From: Patescibacteria group bacterium
Lineage (GTDB): Bacteria > Patescibacteriota > Doudnabacteria > UBA920 > O2-02-FULL-48-8
Length of the DNA: 64,000 bases
Direction of reading: 5' to 3'
Assembly: GCA_036278915.1 (NCBI GenBank)
Contig: DASUKB010000002.1
Location: 95,162 to 159,161 of the forward strand
The notes below the pieces were generated by a model. That model saw only the letters and a program-made list of their open reading frames with translations. It made no database searches and was not told the DNA's origin. A program made the position numbers and the translations under genes. Positions within the stretch are counted from its first letter, which is position 1, and the number at the start of each line of letters is the position of its first letter. Below, in pieces: positions 19,047 to 28,823 of this stretch.

Positions 19047-19760
19047 TCACGCCTGAGTGGGTGGGGTAAACGACACCAGGTGGTGTAGCGGATGGTGGGC
19101 GTAGCGAGCCGCAATCTCCCGGACCAGCCAGATTTTTGGATTGGCTGGTCCGGACTGGATCGATCTCGAATCAAATTCAGTCACGTTCTGCTCGGGCACG
19201 ATTGGAGAGATGCCCATCTTCCAAGCAATCGCGAGCGCGCGCACGAGCATGGCTTTGTGCGCGATGATCGCCGGCCTGCTGCACCCGCGCAACTTGGAAA
19301 TGCGGATGCATTCCTGCATGCCGTCGACGGTTGAGAAGTACGGTTTGTCCGCAGGCGGCCAGAAGGGAATGATCGGCGCGGTGGACTCTTCAATCCACTG
19401 CGGATCATCCTTGAGCATGGCCAGCGGGACCTCGAACTGGGCAATCATGGGGATGCCTGGTTTCCAGAAATCCAGGATGTTGGCAGCCACATGGGCCAAT
19501 GCCAGGTTTGGTCGGCCCGGATCGAGCCCCCGCGCATTGAGCAATTTCAATGCGTCCAGGTCGTTGCCTTTGGTCTTTTCACGGACCTTGGCAATTTCGG
19601 CGCCGAGTTCAGTGTCGGTGTAGGTGTTGCGACCGAACGCAAACACCCACAAGCAGTCTGCGTCCCGGATGTTGCCGAGACTCGGGCACGCGTTCTTCCA
19701 CGGTCGGAAGTAATCGTGCCGCACGCGTGCGACGGTTTCGGCGTCAATGGCTTGTGCCAC
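19047..19760 (-). CDS. Hypothetical protein, possibly YdcF/DUF218-like
   Basis: SD AGGAGG; VFAFG, PN-ALA, IAQFEV, ST, IIAH-RA, W-RE pattern. Confidence 0.7.
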   Translation of the reverse strand: MAQAIDAETVARVRHDYFRPWKNACPSLGNIRDADCLWVFAFGRNTYTDTELGAEIAKVREKTKGNDLDALKLLNARGLDPGRPNLALAHVAANILDFWKPGIPMIAQFEVPLAMLKDDPQWIEESTAPIIPFWPPADKPYFSTVDGMQECIRISKLRGCSRPAIIAHKAMLVRALAIAWKMGISPIVPEQNVTEFDSRSIQSGPANPKIWLVREIAARYAHHPLHHLVSFTPPTQA

Positions 19761-19808
19761 TGTTTCCTCCTAAATTTTCAGAGAGCAGTCACACGATTGT
19801 GACTTCGC

Positions 19809-19859
19809 AGTTTAGCAGATTGAAGGCGATTTGTCAATCATACGGATTTTCTGTAAAAT
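19809..19859. promoter_or_regulatory. Overlapping divergent promoters
   Basis: Plus: TTGTCA-17-TAAAAT toward the tRNA-Arg locus; minus: TTGACA-17-TAAACT toward the 19760 ORF. Confidence 0.65.
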
Positions 19860-19882
19860 GAAGTTCGCAAGGTAAGTCTCGA

Positions 19883-20071
19883 GCCCTCGTAGCTCAATGG
19901 ATACCCGCCCGACTCGCCTGACGGTCTCGTAGCTCAATGGATAGAGCAGCGCCGTCCTAAGGCGTTGATGCCGGTTCGACTCCAGCCGAGGCCACCAGAG
20001 GAGTCAGGCGGGCGGGGAGCAGGCCCGATCCTTTGGGCAAGATGGGGGTTCGATTCCCTTTGAGGTCGCCA
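19883..20071 (+). pseudogene. Outer, interrupted tRNA-Arg(CCT-like) enclosing an inverted repeat and an intact tRNA-Arg
   Basis: GCCCTCG TAGCTCAATGGATA, insert 19904-20016, then GAGCA GGCCCGATCCTTTGGGC...GGGGGTTCGATTCCCTT TGAGGTC G CCA. Confidence 0.85.
19923..19997 (+). tRNA. tRNA-Arg(CCT), nested
   Basis: GGTCTCG/CGAGGCC, GCGCC-GTCCTAA-GGCGT, CCA. Confidence 0.9.
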
Positions 20072-20102
20072 AAAAAGGTCGAAACCATAAAAATAAAATT
20101 AT

Positions 20103-20354
20103 ATGCATCTGCAAAACTACTTTGGCTCGTACGCCAATCCTTACAATATAAAGTTCCTCGGTCCGATTATCGCAATCGTGATTGTCTGGAGTTTTATATG
20201 GAAGGCTTTGGCTCTGTGGCGGGCCGCGCGCAATGGCGCAAAAGTTTGGTACATCGTGCTGCTGATTGTAAATACTCTGGGCATACTTGAAATTTTGTAT
20301 CTGTATGTCTTCAGCAAGCGAAAAGCCACTCTGCCGCCGCCAACGCAAATGTAA
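20103..20354 (+). CDS. DUF5652 family membrane protein
   Basis: WKALALWRAAR...WY...NTLGILEILYL. Confidence 0.88.
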   Translation: MHLQNYFGSYANPYNIKFLGPIIAIVIVWSFIWKALALWRAARNGAKVWYIVLLIVNTLGILEILYLYVFSKRKATLPPPTQM

Positions 20355-20437
20355 TTTTTGGTAAAATCAAAATCGAGAATTAAATTGAACCAAACGGATT
20401 CAAACGGTTTTGATTTTCGGTCCGGTGTGCAAATTGC

Positions 20438-20513
20438 GGGCCCTTAGCTCATTTGGTAGAGCGCTTCCATGGCATGGAAGAGGTGACCGGTTCGAGCCCG
20501 GTAGGGTCCACCA
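20438..20513 (+). tRNA. tRNA-Ala(GGC)
   Basis: GGGCCCT/AGGGTCC (G3:U70), loop ATGGCAT, CCA. Confidence 0.95.
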
Positions 20514-20593
20514 AAAAAGACTTCAAGAATTTTCGTGGGGTCTTTTTTGTTGCCGATTGTCTAACAGGTTTTACTCTCCTATAATGCGGTTAA

Positions 20594-21286
20594 ATGCAAT
20601 TTCCCACCTACAAAAACGAAACAGAAAAACAAGCCTTGGGTTTTTTGCGCGTGGCCGGATGCGACGAAGTGGGGATTGCCCCGCTTGCCGGCCCGGTGGT
20701 GGCCGCAACTGTAATTCTTGACCCAGCGACCATAGGTAGGCAGCGAAGCAAAAGCAAATGGTGGTACCGCGTGCGCGATTCCAAAACCACAAATGAAAAT
20801 GAAAGACAGGATTTGGTGGCGTTTATACAAGACCATTGTTTGGATTTGGGTGTGGGCATTGTCGGCAGGGAATTGATAGACGAAATTAATATCCACCAGG
20901 CCGCGATGCTGGCAATGAAAAGATCCGTGGACAGCCTACGCACTGCCCCCGATTTTTTATTTTTGGATGGGTTGCATAAAATAAAATCTATCTCTTTGTC
21001 GCAGCAGGCAGTTGTGGACGGCGACGCAAAAATACTTTCAATTTCTGCGGCGTCAATCGTCGCCAAGGTTGCACGTGACCGCGCGCTGAGAAATTTACAT
21101 GAACAATTTCCGCAATTCGGATTTGATAAGCACAAAGGATATCCAACGAAGCTGCATCGCGCAGCGATCATTGAGTGTGGGCTTACACCGGAGCACCGTA
21201 CAAGCTTTGGATTTGTGCAACTGTATCTTAAAAAAATGCAATCCGTGAGGTATTTTCAGAAAGCCTTTAGTTTGGTAAACTTATAG
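20594..21286 (+). CDS. rnhB: Ribonuclease HII
   Basis: GCDEVG-PLAGPVVAA, RDSK, AASIVAKVARD, KGYPT-H. Confidence 0.96.
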   Translation: MQFPTYKNETEKQALGFLRVAGCDEVGIAPLAGPVVAATVILDPATIGRQRSKSKWWYRVRDSKTTNENERQDLVAFIQDHCLDLGVGIVGRELIDEINIHQAAMLAMKRSVDSLRTAPDFLFLDGLHKIKSISLSQQAVVDGDAKILSISAASIVAKVARDRALRNLHEQFPQFGFDKHKGYPTKLHRAAIIECGLTPEHRTSFGFVQLYLKKMQSVRYFQKAFSLVNL

Positions 21287-21292
21287 AACTAT

Positions 21293-21382
21293 GGAGACGT
21301 GCCGGAGTGGTTGAACGGGCCGGTTTCGAAAACCGGTAAAGGTTAACGCCTTTCAGAGGTTCGAATCCTCTCGTCTCCGCCA
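21293..21382 (+). tRNA. tRNA-Ser(CGA)
   Basis: Loop TTCGAAA, long variable arm, G73, CCA. Confidence 0.95.
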
Positions 21383-21424
21383 AGAAAAATTTTTTATGAC
21401 GAACGATTTAATCATACTCAACGA

Positions 21425-21997
21425 ATGAAACGATTTGATTTGCCTGTAAAATTTTTTCGGACCGACAAGGATTGGGAAAAATGGCTCGCCAAGAATTACC
21501 ATAAACGAGACGGCATCTGGCTTAAATTTTATAAGAAGAGATCGGGCGTTGCCTCACTCAAATATGACGGAGCATTGGACGTGGCGCTTTGCTACGGCTG
21601 GATTGATGGCCAATTGAAAAGTTTTGACGAGCAGGCATACTTACAACGGTTCACGCCTCGCCGTAAAGGGAGTATCTGGTCCAAGCGAAACACAGAACAT
21701 ATCGCACGGCTCAAAAGGGCGGGCCGCATGAAACCATCTGGAATGATCGCAGTGAAACTGGCCAAGGCCTCGGGTGCGTGGGAGCGGGCATACAAAAGCC
21801 CCAGCCAAATGAGGATGCCCGAGGATTTTTTGGCCCTGTTAAACAAGAACAAAACTGCCAAAGAATTTTTTGCGACTTTAAATAAAGCGAATACTTACGC
21901 AATTGCCTGGCGAATACAGAACGTGAAGCCGGAAAACCGCGCGCGCCGTATCGGGGAAATAATTAAAATGCTATCTAAAAAGCAGAAACTACATTAA
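21425..21997 (+). CDS. YdeI/OmpD-associated family protein
   Basis: ALCYGWIDG, FTPRRKGSIWSKRN. Confidence 0.92.
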   Translation: MKRFDLPVKFFRTDKDWEKWLAKNYHKRDGIWLKFYKKRSGVASLKYDGALDVALCYGWIDGQLKSFDEQAYLQRFTPRRKGSIWSKRNTEHIARLKRAGRMKPSGMIAVKLAKASGAWERAYKSPSQMRMPEDFLALLNKNKTAKEFFATLNKANTYAIAWRIQNVKPENRARRIGEIIKMLSKKQKLH

Positions 21998-21998
21998 G

Positions 21999-22427
21999 AT
22001 GTCATATCAAGCGAAATCCGAGACTACAATTAACGCACCAATTGAGAAAGTCTGGCAAACACTTACGGATCCCGAATTGGTGAAACAGTGGCTGTTTGGC
22101 ACGGAGATGTCTGTCAGCGAATGGGCAGTTGGCGGGAAAATAAGTTATAAAGGAGTTTGGGAAGGCAAAACTTACGAAGATAAAGGCGAGATTTTGGAAC
22201 TTGTACCAGAGCAAAAATTAGCGAGCACTTACTGGAGCGGCATGTCGGGTTTGCCGGATGTGCCGGAAAATTATCAAAAGGTGAGTTATATCCTTTCTGA
22301 AGCAAATGATGGAACAAAACTGACCATTATCCAAGAAGGTAATCCAACAGAGGAATCGGCCAAGCATTCGGAAAGCAATTGGAACACCGTTTTGGAAAGT
22401 TTCAAAAAATTAGCGGAAAATTCATAA
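21999..22427 (+). CDS. SRPBCC/AHSA1 domain protein
   Basis: INAPIEKVWQTLTDP-WLFG, GTKLTI. Confidence 0.9.
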   Translation: MSYQAKSETTINAPIEKVWQTLTDPELVKQWLFGTEMSVSEWAVGGKISYKGVWEGKTYEDKGEILELVPEQKLASTYWSGMSGLPDVPENYQKVSYILSEANDGTKLTIIQEGNPTEESAKHSESNWNTVLESFKKLAENS

Positions 22428-22467
22428 ATAAAAAAACTCCCGGAAAGGGAGTTTTTTAGAGCCGTTA

Positions 22468-22797
22468 TTAAAAGTTGAAGTTTTTGGCAAAGCCGCCGAT
22501 TATTGGAAGCTCTTTTTCCTGGCCATTGACCGCATTCATAATACCAAGAATCATAAGCACGAATACGCAGAGCCAGAGCAGCCAGCCGATAACTGGGATC
22601 CAAAAGAAAACCGAACCCAAAACCCAGACAATCAGCAGGGCCAATCCTTGCTTGGCGTGGAATTTAACAAATGGATCGTGACGGGAATCGGACACCAGCG
22701 GGATTATGACCAAGATGCCAATGTACGATAGGAGTGCCATGCCGGAATTTTTACCGTGGTTGGCGTGGTGAGATTGATGTTCGTGATTGGGTTCCAT
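22468..22797 (-). CDS. DUF4870 family membrane protein
   Basis: ALLSY, FVKFHAKQGL, LPIIG. Confidence 0.88.
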   Translation of the reverse strand: MEPNHEHQSHHANHGKNSGMALLSYIGILVIIPLVSDSRHDPFVKFHAKQGLALLIVWVLGSVFFWIPVIGWLLWLCVFVLMILGIMNAVNGQEKELPIIGGFAKNFNF

Positions 22798-22893
22798 AAG
22801 TTGTTATTAATATTTGCCTTTACTATATAACATTTAATTGCTTGCAGCAATAAGTCCAATTTACCAAAGTTCAAGGATAGGTAAAATTTTGGT

Positions 22894-23466
22894 ATGATAT
22901 TCATAGGACTGGCCGGGCCCTCGGGCGCGGGCAAAACAACATTGGCAAATTACCTGGCGACTTACTTTGGCAACGAATTTGAGCACATCCGCCTGGATGA
23001 CTATTTGCGCGACCCGGCGGAGTTTCCCAGGCAAGGAAAATTTAGAAATTGGGAGCACCCGAATAATTACAAATTTGATTTGCTTTTGTCCCATCTGCAA
23101 AAACTGCGGGAGGGCAGGGAAGTTTTGAGCAGGAATTTCACCTGGCGACCAGAAGAATTGCCTTACGAATTCTATCTGAAACCAAAAAAATATATTTTGA
23201 TTGAAGGCGCACTGGCCTTGGCCGACGAAAGATTGGTCTCAATTTTTGACAGAAAAATCTATCTGGATGTGCCAGTTGAAGTAATGCTGGCCCGCCGCGC
23301 CAAGCGCATGGGTAAATCTTTCGATCCCGAATACGACCGCGAGGTCGTAGTGCCTGAATTTGAACGACACGGCATGATCCAAAAAATTCACGCCGACCAT
23401 ATAGTGGACGGGACAAAGGATCCTAATACCGTTGCCCGGACTGTGCGCGATTTGATCGCAGAATAA
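22894..23466 (+). CDS. Uridine kinase family P-loop kinase
   Basis: IGLAGPSGAGKTT, LDDY, NWEHP, IEG. Confidence 0.88.
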   Translation: MIFIGLAGPSGAGKTTLANYLATYFGNEFEHIRLDDYLRDPAEFPRQGKFRNWEHPNNYKFDLLLSHLQKLREGREVLSRNFTWRPEELPYEFYLKPKKYILIEGALALADERLVSIFDRKIYLDVPVEVMLARRAKRMGKSFDPEYDREVVVPEFERHGMIQKIHADHIVDGTKDPNTVARTVRDLIAE

Positions 23467-23472
23467 AGTTCA

Positions 23473-23510
23473 CCCTCACCCCGACCCCTCTCCCTTGAGG
23501 GAGAGGGGAG
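23473..23510 (+). repeat. REP-like element CCCTCACCCCGACCCCTCTCC...GGAGAGGGG, copy 1
   Basis: Related copies at 28767-28803 and inverted at 34909-34947. Confidence 0.8.
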
Positions 23511-23516
23511 TTCTAA

Positions 23517-24668
23517 ATGAATATGACTAAAACTAAAATTCTAATTTTACACACATCTGTAGGCCACGGCATCAAAACCACGGCTTACAATTTAGCAGAA
23601 ACTCTGGGGCACGATCCGGAGTTTGAGATCCGCGTGGAAGACATAGGCCGGGTCGAGGCTTCGGTATTTGCCAAAAGCATAGAAGCCGCGTACAAGAAAA
23701 TCATGGACCGGTTTGGGGGATTGTGGGGATTTTTATACCGTTCGCGCTTGGTGCTTGGCATAATGATGCCGCTGCGCAAATTTATAGCATCGTTCCAGTC
23801 TAAAAAAACTTTAGAATTACTGCGGCAATTCCAGCCGGCGATTGTAATCTCCACGCAAGCTGTTTCAACTGGCATAATTGCCTACCTGAAATCAAAGGAT
23901 TTGTACCGCGGACGATTGGTGGCCGTGTTTTCGGATTATCATTTGCATCCGTTTTGGTGTTTTGATGAGGTGGATCTATACTTTTGCAATCTGGCCGAAC
24001 AAGCCGAAGGCCTAAAGCGTCTAAATGTGCCTGTGGAAAAAATTGCAATCACGGGTTTGTTTGTTGCCGAGAAGTTTTATAAACCAATCGACCGCCAGCA
24101 GGCTTGCCAAGACCTGGGGCTGCTTCTGACCATGCCTAAAGTCTTGCTGTTCTCTGGTGCCCGGCCCAGGATGTCCAATAAAGAAATTTTTCTCGCGCTG
24201 CTGCGCAGCCCGAAAAGCTTTCAGGTTATTGCCATCTGCGGCAACAATATGGAGCTTAAATCGGAATTGGAAAAAATTTCCGCGCCCAAAAATCATCCGG
24301 TTAAAATTTACGGCTATACCGATTCCGTGGCCGAGCTTATGTCCGCTGCCGACGTGCTGGTAGGCAAAACTGGGGGACCGACTATGGGAGAGGCGGTTCT
24401 AAAAAAATTGCCTTTGGTTCTAACCGATATCGCGCCGGGTCATGAACAAGAAAATTTGGAATTTTTGGTCAGACACGGCGTGGCTCATTACGGCCGGATC
24501 CCGCGCGAGGTCGTATTTTTGGTGGAGGAGATCTTGGACGGAAGGAAAGCCACCAATTGGGAGCAAGCATTCCGTACAATCATTAAACCGGAAGGAACGG
24601 TGGGCGCAATAGAGGCGCTCCACGCGATTAGACCGCGCGCTTTGGTGCGGAATTACCAGGAGCAGTAA
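23517..24668 (+). CDS. MGDG synthase/UgtP family glycosyltransferase
   Basis: SVGHG, SDYHLH, ICGNN, LVGKTGGPT, PGHEQEN. Confidence 0.9.
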   Translation: MNMTKTKILILHTSVGHGIKTTAYNLAETLGHDPEFEIRVEDIGRVEASVFAKSIEAAYKKIMDRFGGLWGFLYRSRLVLGIMMPLRKFIASFQSKKTLELLRQFQPAIVISTQAVSTGIIAYLKSKDLYRGRLVAVFSDYHLHPFWCFDEVDLYFCNLAEQAEGLKRLNVPVEKIAITGLFVAEKFYKPIDRQQACQDLGLLLTMPKVLLFSGARPRMSNKEIFLALLRSPKSFQVIAICGNNMELKSELEKISAPKNHPVKIYGYTDSVAELMSAADVLVGKTGGPTMGEAVLKKLPLVLTDIAPGHEQENLEFLVRHGVAHYGRIPREVVFLVEEILDGRKATNWEQAFRTIIKPEGTVGAIEALHAIRPRALVRNYQEQ

Positions 24669-24781
24669 CGATTAGATCCCGGCTGCGTTGGGATTACGTT
24701 TAATTAGATAAAGTTAAGGGTTCAATTTGACACAAGCATCCGGATTTACTACTATCTAACTACAATATTATTGAAATCCAT

Positions 24782-25276
24782 ATGGCCAAGGACAAAAATT
24801 TGATAAACAAACTTATGGGCACGCAGGAAATTTCCGACGAAGAAGGAAACAGCTATCCTGTCAGCGAGGATGAGACAGAGGAGACAGAGTCTGCGGCCAT
24901 ATCGGCCCAGCAGCAACCTTCCGAAGACTGGCTGTCCGAGTACGAAGGTCAGTTGACCATAGACATGTATCAGACCAAGGACAACGTTGTCATAAAGTCA
25001 ACGATTGCGGGAGTGAAGGGTGACGACATTGATGTTACGATAGCCAACGACATGGTAACTATCCGCGGCGAGCGCAAAAAGGATTTTGAAGCATCAAGCG
25101 AAGATTATTTTTATCAGGAATGTTATTGGGGATCATTTTCCCGCTCCGTGGTGCTGCCGGTGGACGTGGACATAGATAATGTTTCGGCCGACCTCAAGGA
25201 CGGAATTCTGACTGTAATTTTACCCAAGGCTGCCAAAGCCAAAGCCAAAAAGATTCGAGTCGGCTCCAAGGTCTAA
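24782..25276 (+). CDS. Hsp20/alpha-crystallin small heat shock protein
   Basis: IDMYQT, TIRGER, ECYWGSFSRS, LKDGILTV-LPK. Confidence 0.93.
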   Translation: MAKDKNLINKLMGTQEISDEEGNSYPVSEDETEETESAAISAQQQPSEDWLSEYEGQLTIDMYQTKDNVVIKSTIAGVKGDDIDVTIANDMVTIRGERKKDFEASSEDYFYQECYWGSFSRSVVLPVDVDIDNVSADLKDGILTVILPKAAKAKAKKIRVGSKV

Positions 25277-25424
25277 TTTATAAACCTAAAAAACCGAGAT
25301 CAATATCTCGGTTTTTTGATACTTGATTTTTCTCTGAAAATCTGGCAGAATAATTTGTACCCCTGATAGGAGAGGGAAATAATGAAGATCTTCGGAGAGA
25401 GGAATTCTATTTTGAAGAGAACCT

Positions 25425-27353
25425 ATGGACATTTCAAGTTTATCTAGACAACTCAATATGTCAGTGGCACAGCTGCGGGCTCGTATGGGCCAGGCTGGTT
25501 TTCGCGTGTCTCCCAAAGCGAATAAAATTGACAACCTCTTGGCTAAGCAAGTCCTCAATGCGCTGGCTTACAAACCGAAACCGGAAGTCCATTTAACCGA
25601 GCCGCGGGAAGTGAGTCTGCCAAAGGTTATGAGCGTCAAAGAATTTGCTCAGATTTTGGCTTTGGATGTGACTGTGGTCATGAAGAAACTGATCCAAAAC
25701 GGCGTTATGGCCACTATCAACGAGGAGATTGACTACGATACCGCCGCAATTGTGGCATCCGATTTGGGATTTAATGTTTCCGAAACTAAGCAAGCGACTA
25801 CGCGATTGGGATTGGGCTTTGTCAACGACGCGATTGCTGATGAATTGAAAGCACAGCCGGACGCGTTTATAACGAGACCTCCGATCGTGGCGGTTATGGG
25901 TCACGTTGACCACGGCAAAACTACTCTTTTGGACACGATCCGCAAAACTAAAGTCGTGGAGCGTGAATCCGGCGGTATCACGCAGCATATCGGCGCATAC
26001 CAAGTGGCGCATAACGGCAAGCCTGTAACGTTTCTGGATACGCCCGGACACGAAGCGTTCTCGGCCATGCGCGCCCGCGGTGCCAACGTCACGGACATTA
26101 TAGTTTTGGTCGTGGCCGCAGACGACGGAGTCAAACCTCAGACTATAGAAGTTATCAACCGAGCCAAACTTACGAGTACGCCTTTGATCGTCGCCATGAA
26201 TAAAGTAGATAAGCCCGATGCCAACCCCGAGCGCGTGAAAAAAGAATTATCCGATTATGGGGTTTTAATTGAAGAGTGGGGTGGGTCAGTCCCTGTGGCT
26301 AAAATTTCCGGCTTGACTGGCCAGGGCGTAGACGAACTGCTGGAATTAATTCTGTTGCAGGCCGAAGTTTTGGATTTGAAAGCCAACCCAAGCGGCCAGA
26401 CGCTCGCCACCGTTATTGAGTCGAGACTTTCGCGCACACAAGGCCCGACTGCCACAGTGCTCGTGCAAAATGGCACCCTGAAAGTTTCAGACATCATTGC
26501 TTTGGGACGTGCTTATGGACGGGTTCGGAGCATGGAAGACTCTTCTGGTAAAAAATTAAAACAGGCGCAACCCTCCCAACCAGTGCTCCTTACCGGACTT
26601 TCGGAAGTGCCGCAAGTTGGCGATATTTTGCGGATTTATCCGACCGTTGAGGCAGCCAGAGCTCAGGCTTTGGAAGTCGTCAAATCCGAACGCGCGAAAA
26701 AATTTCAGACTTCATCCAGACTCAATGTTACAGGCAAGGATTTGAATTTGATTATCAAGGCCGATGTGCTAGGAAGTCTTGAGGCTATCAATGACGCCCT
26801 CAACAAATTGAAAAACAACGAAGTCAAAGTTAACGTTCTCGAGCAGGGCGTGGGAGAAATCAACGAGAATGATATTTTGCGCGCGCAGTCGGCCAATGGC
26901 GTTATCATTGGCTTCCATACCAGGCTTAACGCCCAGGCGGCGAAATTGGCGCAGTCGCGCCAGGTGCCAGTGCAGCTTTACGACATCATTTACGAATTGG
27001 TGGAAGATCTCACGCGCCAGGTTATAGACATGCTCACGCCGGAGGTTATGCGCACGGACCTGGGTCGGGCCAAAATTTTGGCCGTGTTTCGCACGGAAAA
27101 AGACAAAATGATCGTTGGCGGCCAGGTGGCGGAAGGCAAAATTAAAGAAAAAACTTCCGTTGAGATCAAACGCGGTGAAGAAATTGTCGGACGCGGTCAG
27201 ATTACAGAATTGCAACAAAACAAAATCAAAGCCAGCGAGGTTTTGAGGGGTTCGGAGTTTGGCGTAAGCATCAAAACCACGACCAATATTTTGGAAGGCG
27301 ACGTGCTTATAATTTACGAAGAGTCCGTGCGAAAGCGGGGATTGGAAGGATAG
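25425..27353 (+). CDS. infB: Translation initiation factor IF-2
   Basis: [31 protein letters not shown]. Confidence 0.98.
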   Translation: MDISSLSRQLNMSVAQLRARMGQAGFRVSPKANKIDNLLAKQVLNALAYKPKPEVHLTEPREVSLPKVMSVKEFAQILALDVTVVMKKLIQNGVMATINEEIDYDTAAIVASDLGFNVSETKQATTRLGLGFVNDAIADELKAQPDAFITRPPIVAVMGHVDHGKTTLLDTIRKTKVVERESGGITQHIGAYQVAHNGKPVTFLDTPGHEAFSAMRARGANVTDIIVLVVAADDGVKPQTIEVINRAKLTSTPLIVAMNKVDKPDANPERVKKELSDYGVLIEEWGGSVPVAKISGLTGQGVDELLELILLQAEVLDLKANPSGQTLATVIESRLSRTQGPTATVLVQNGTLKVSDIIALGRAYGRVRSMEDSSGKKLKQAQPSQPVLLTGLSEVPQVGDILRIYPTVEAARAQALEVVKSERAKKFQTSSRLNVTGKDLNLIIKADVLGSLEAINDALNKLKNNEVKVNVLEQGVGEINENDILRAQSANGVIIGFHTRLNAQAAKLAQSRQVPVQLYDIIYELVEDLTRQVIDMLTPEVMRTDLGRAKILAVFRTEKDKMIVGGQVAEGKIKEKTSVEIKRGEEIVGRGQITELQQNKIKASEVLRGSEFGVSIKTTTNILEGDVLIIYEESVRKRGLEG

Positions 27354-27359
27354 TTAGCC

Positions 27360-27692
27360 ATGTCCAGAAGAACTGAAAAAGTTGCAGCAACATTACAAGA
27401 GCAGTTAGGCTTACAGATCAATAAGCTCGAACTGCCTTTTTTGACGACGATTTCCAAGGTGGAAGTCACGCCAGACTTAAAGCACGCCAAGGTTTGGATT
27501 ACCGTTTTTTCCGACAAGCCAGAGGACGAAACGGCTGTTTTGGAAAGTTTGGCCGAACATAAATATGAATTGCAAGGGGAGATGTATAAATACTTCGAAA
27601 GCAAAAACGTGCCCCGCATACACTTTGAACTTGATCACTCCGAACAATACTCCGATCACATAAACAAATTACTTAAAGAAACAGAAGAATAA
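27360..27692 (+). CDS. rbfA: Ribosome-binding factor A
   Basis: VEVTPDLKHAKV, VPRIHF-D; follows infB. Confidence 0.93.
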   Translation: MSRRTEKVAATLQEQLGLQINKLELPFLTTISKVEVTPDLKHAKVWITVFSDKPEDETAVLESLAEHKYELQGEMYKYFESKNVPRIHFELDHSEQYSDHINKLLKETEE

Positions 27693-27769
27693 TTTCATAA
27701 ATCGGTTTATTCATATATCAAACCCAAGAGGCTTGCCAGGATTGGGTTTTTTTGTTAATATGTTTGGCT

Positions 27770-28732
27770 ATGCTGATTTCCAATTCCACTAAAGTTGATA
27801 TGAAAAAAGCCCTGCGGCTTATAAATTCGTCGCAGCGGATTTTTTTGACCACGCACGAAGGCACGGACGGCGATGATTTGGGAAGCCTCTTGGCCATGCG
27901 CCAGGTTTTAATTAAGCTTGGGAAAAAAGTTTCCGCTGCCGTGCACAAAGGCGTACCGCAATATTTGGAATTTTTGTCAGGTTCAAACCAGGTTGGCGAC
28001 AAACTTTCCAATATTGAATTTGATTTGCTTATCACTTTTGGGTGCAATCAAATTGAGCGCACCGGACTATTCGCGCTCAAAAATTATAAAGGACCAGTGA
28101 TAAACTTTGACCATCATCCCGACAACAAGCTGTTCGGTACAATTAACATCGTCGAACCCTCCACTTCGTCAGTTGCGGAGCTGATGTATTATTTTTTTCA
28201 AGTTTGTGATCTGCCCGTGGACCAAAACACTGCCACCTGCCTGCTGACTGGAATTTTTACGGATACGGGCGGGTTCCGGCACGCCAACACCACGGCCGAA
28301 GCTTTGGCTGTGGTCTCGGAGCTTATGTCGCGAGGTGCCCGCGTGGAAAAAATTTCGCGCATTATCCAGGGCCGCAAAAACCCGGCCGGTATCCGCATTT
28401 GGACCCGCGCTTTGGAAAACACGCGCTTTGACTCGCGACGCCAGATGATTTACAGCGTGCTCACCGCCGAAGACTTTGCCGCGGCCCGCGCCACGGATGA
28501 CGATCTCGGATCATTTGTAAATTTTTTGATTTCTATTCCGCAAGCTAAATTCGCCATGCTTCTGCGCCAGGACGGGGACGTTGTGCGGGGGAGTTTGCGT
28601 TCCGAGCTGGATCGTGGCACGGACGTCAACAAAATCGCGCGAATTTTCGGCGGCGGCGGACACGAACTGGCTTCCGGATTCAAAGTCCGCGGGCATTTGG
28701 TCAAAAAGGGGAATGGTTGGAGAATAGTTTGA
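27770..28732 (+). CDS. DHH family phosphoesterase (NrnA-like; start uncertain)
   Basis: H-DGDDLGS, DHH, TDTGGF, GGGGH. Confidence 0.92.
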   Translation: MLISNSTKVDMKKALRLINSSQRIFLTTHEGTDGDDLGSLLAMRQVLIKLGKKVSAAVHKGVPQYLEFLSGSNQVGDKLSNIEFDLLITFGCNQIERTGLFALKNYKGPVINFDHHPDNKLFGTINIVEPSTSSVAELMYYFFQVCDLPVDQNTATCLLTGIFTDTGGFRHANTTAEALAVVSELMSRGARVEKISRIIQGRKNPAGIRIWTRALENTRFDSRRQMIYSVLTAEDFAAARATDDDLGSFVNFLISIPQAKFAMLLRQDGDVVRGSLRSELDRGTDVNKIARIFGGGGHELASGFKVRGHLVKKGNGWRIV

Positions 28733-28766
28733 TTTTGTGCTAAAATAAATAAGAAATTTATTTCCA

Positions 28767-28803
28767 CCTCTCCCCCGACCCCTCTCCTGGAAGGAGAGGG
28801 GAG
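28767..28803 (+). repeat. REP-like element, copy 2
   Basis: cctctcccccgacccctctcc-tggaa-ggagaggggag; same gagttctaa tail as copy 1. Confidence 0.8.
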
Positions 28804-28823
28804 TTCTAATCTGAAGTAAACAA

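Noticed and set aside
20074-20084. AAAGGTCGAA motif upstream of two genes (also at 43021)
   Set aside because: Only two instances with different spacing to the start codon; too few to call regulatory.
21396-21416. Possible hairpin-element remnant (GACGAACGATTTAATCAT) after tRNA-Ser
   Set aside because: Only a short CGAACGA match to the Ile-locus arm, with no second arm or tRNA remnant.
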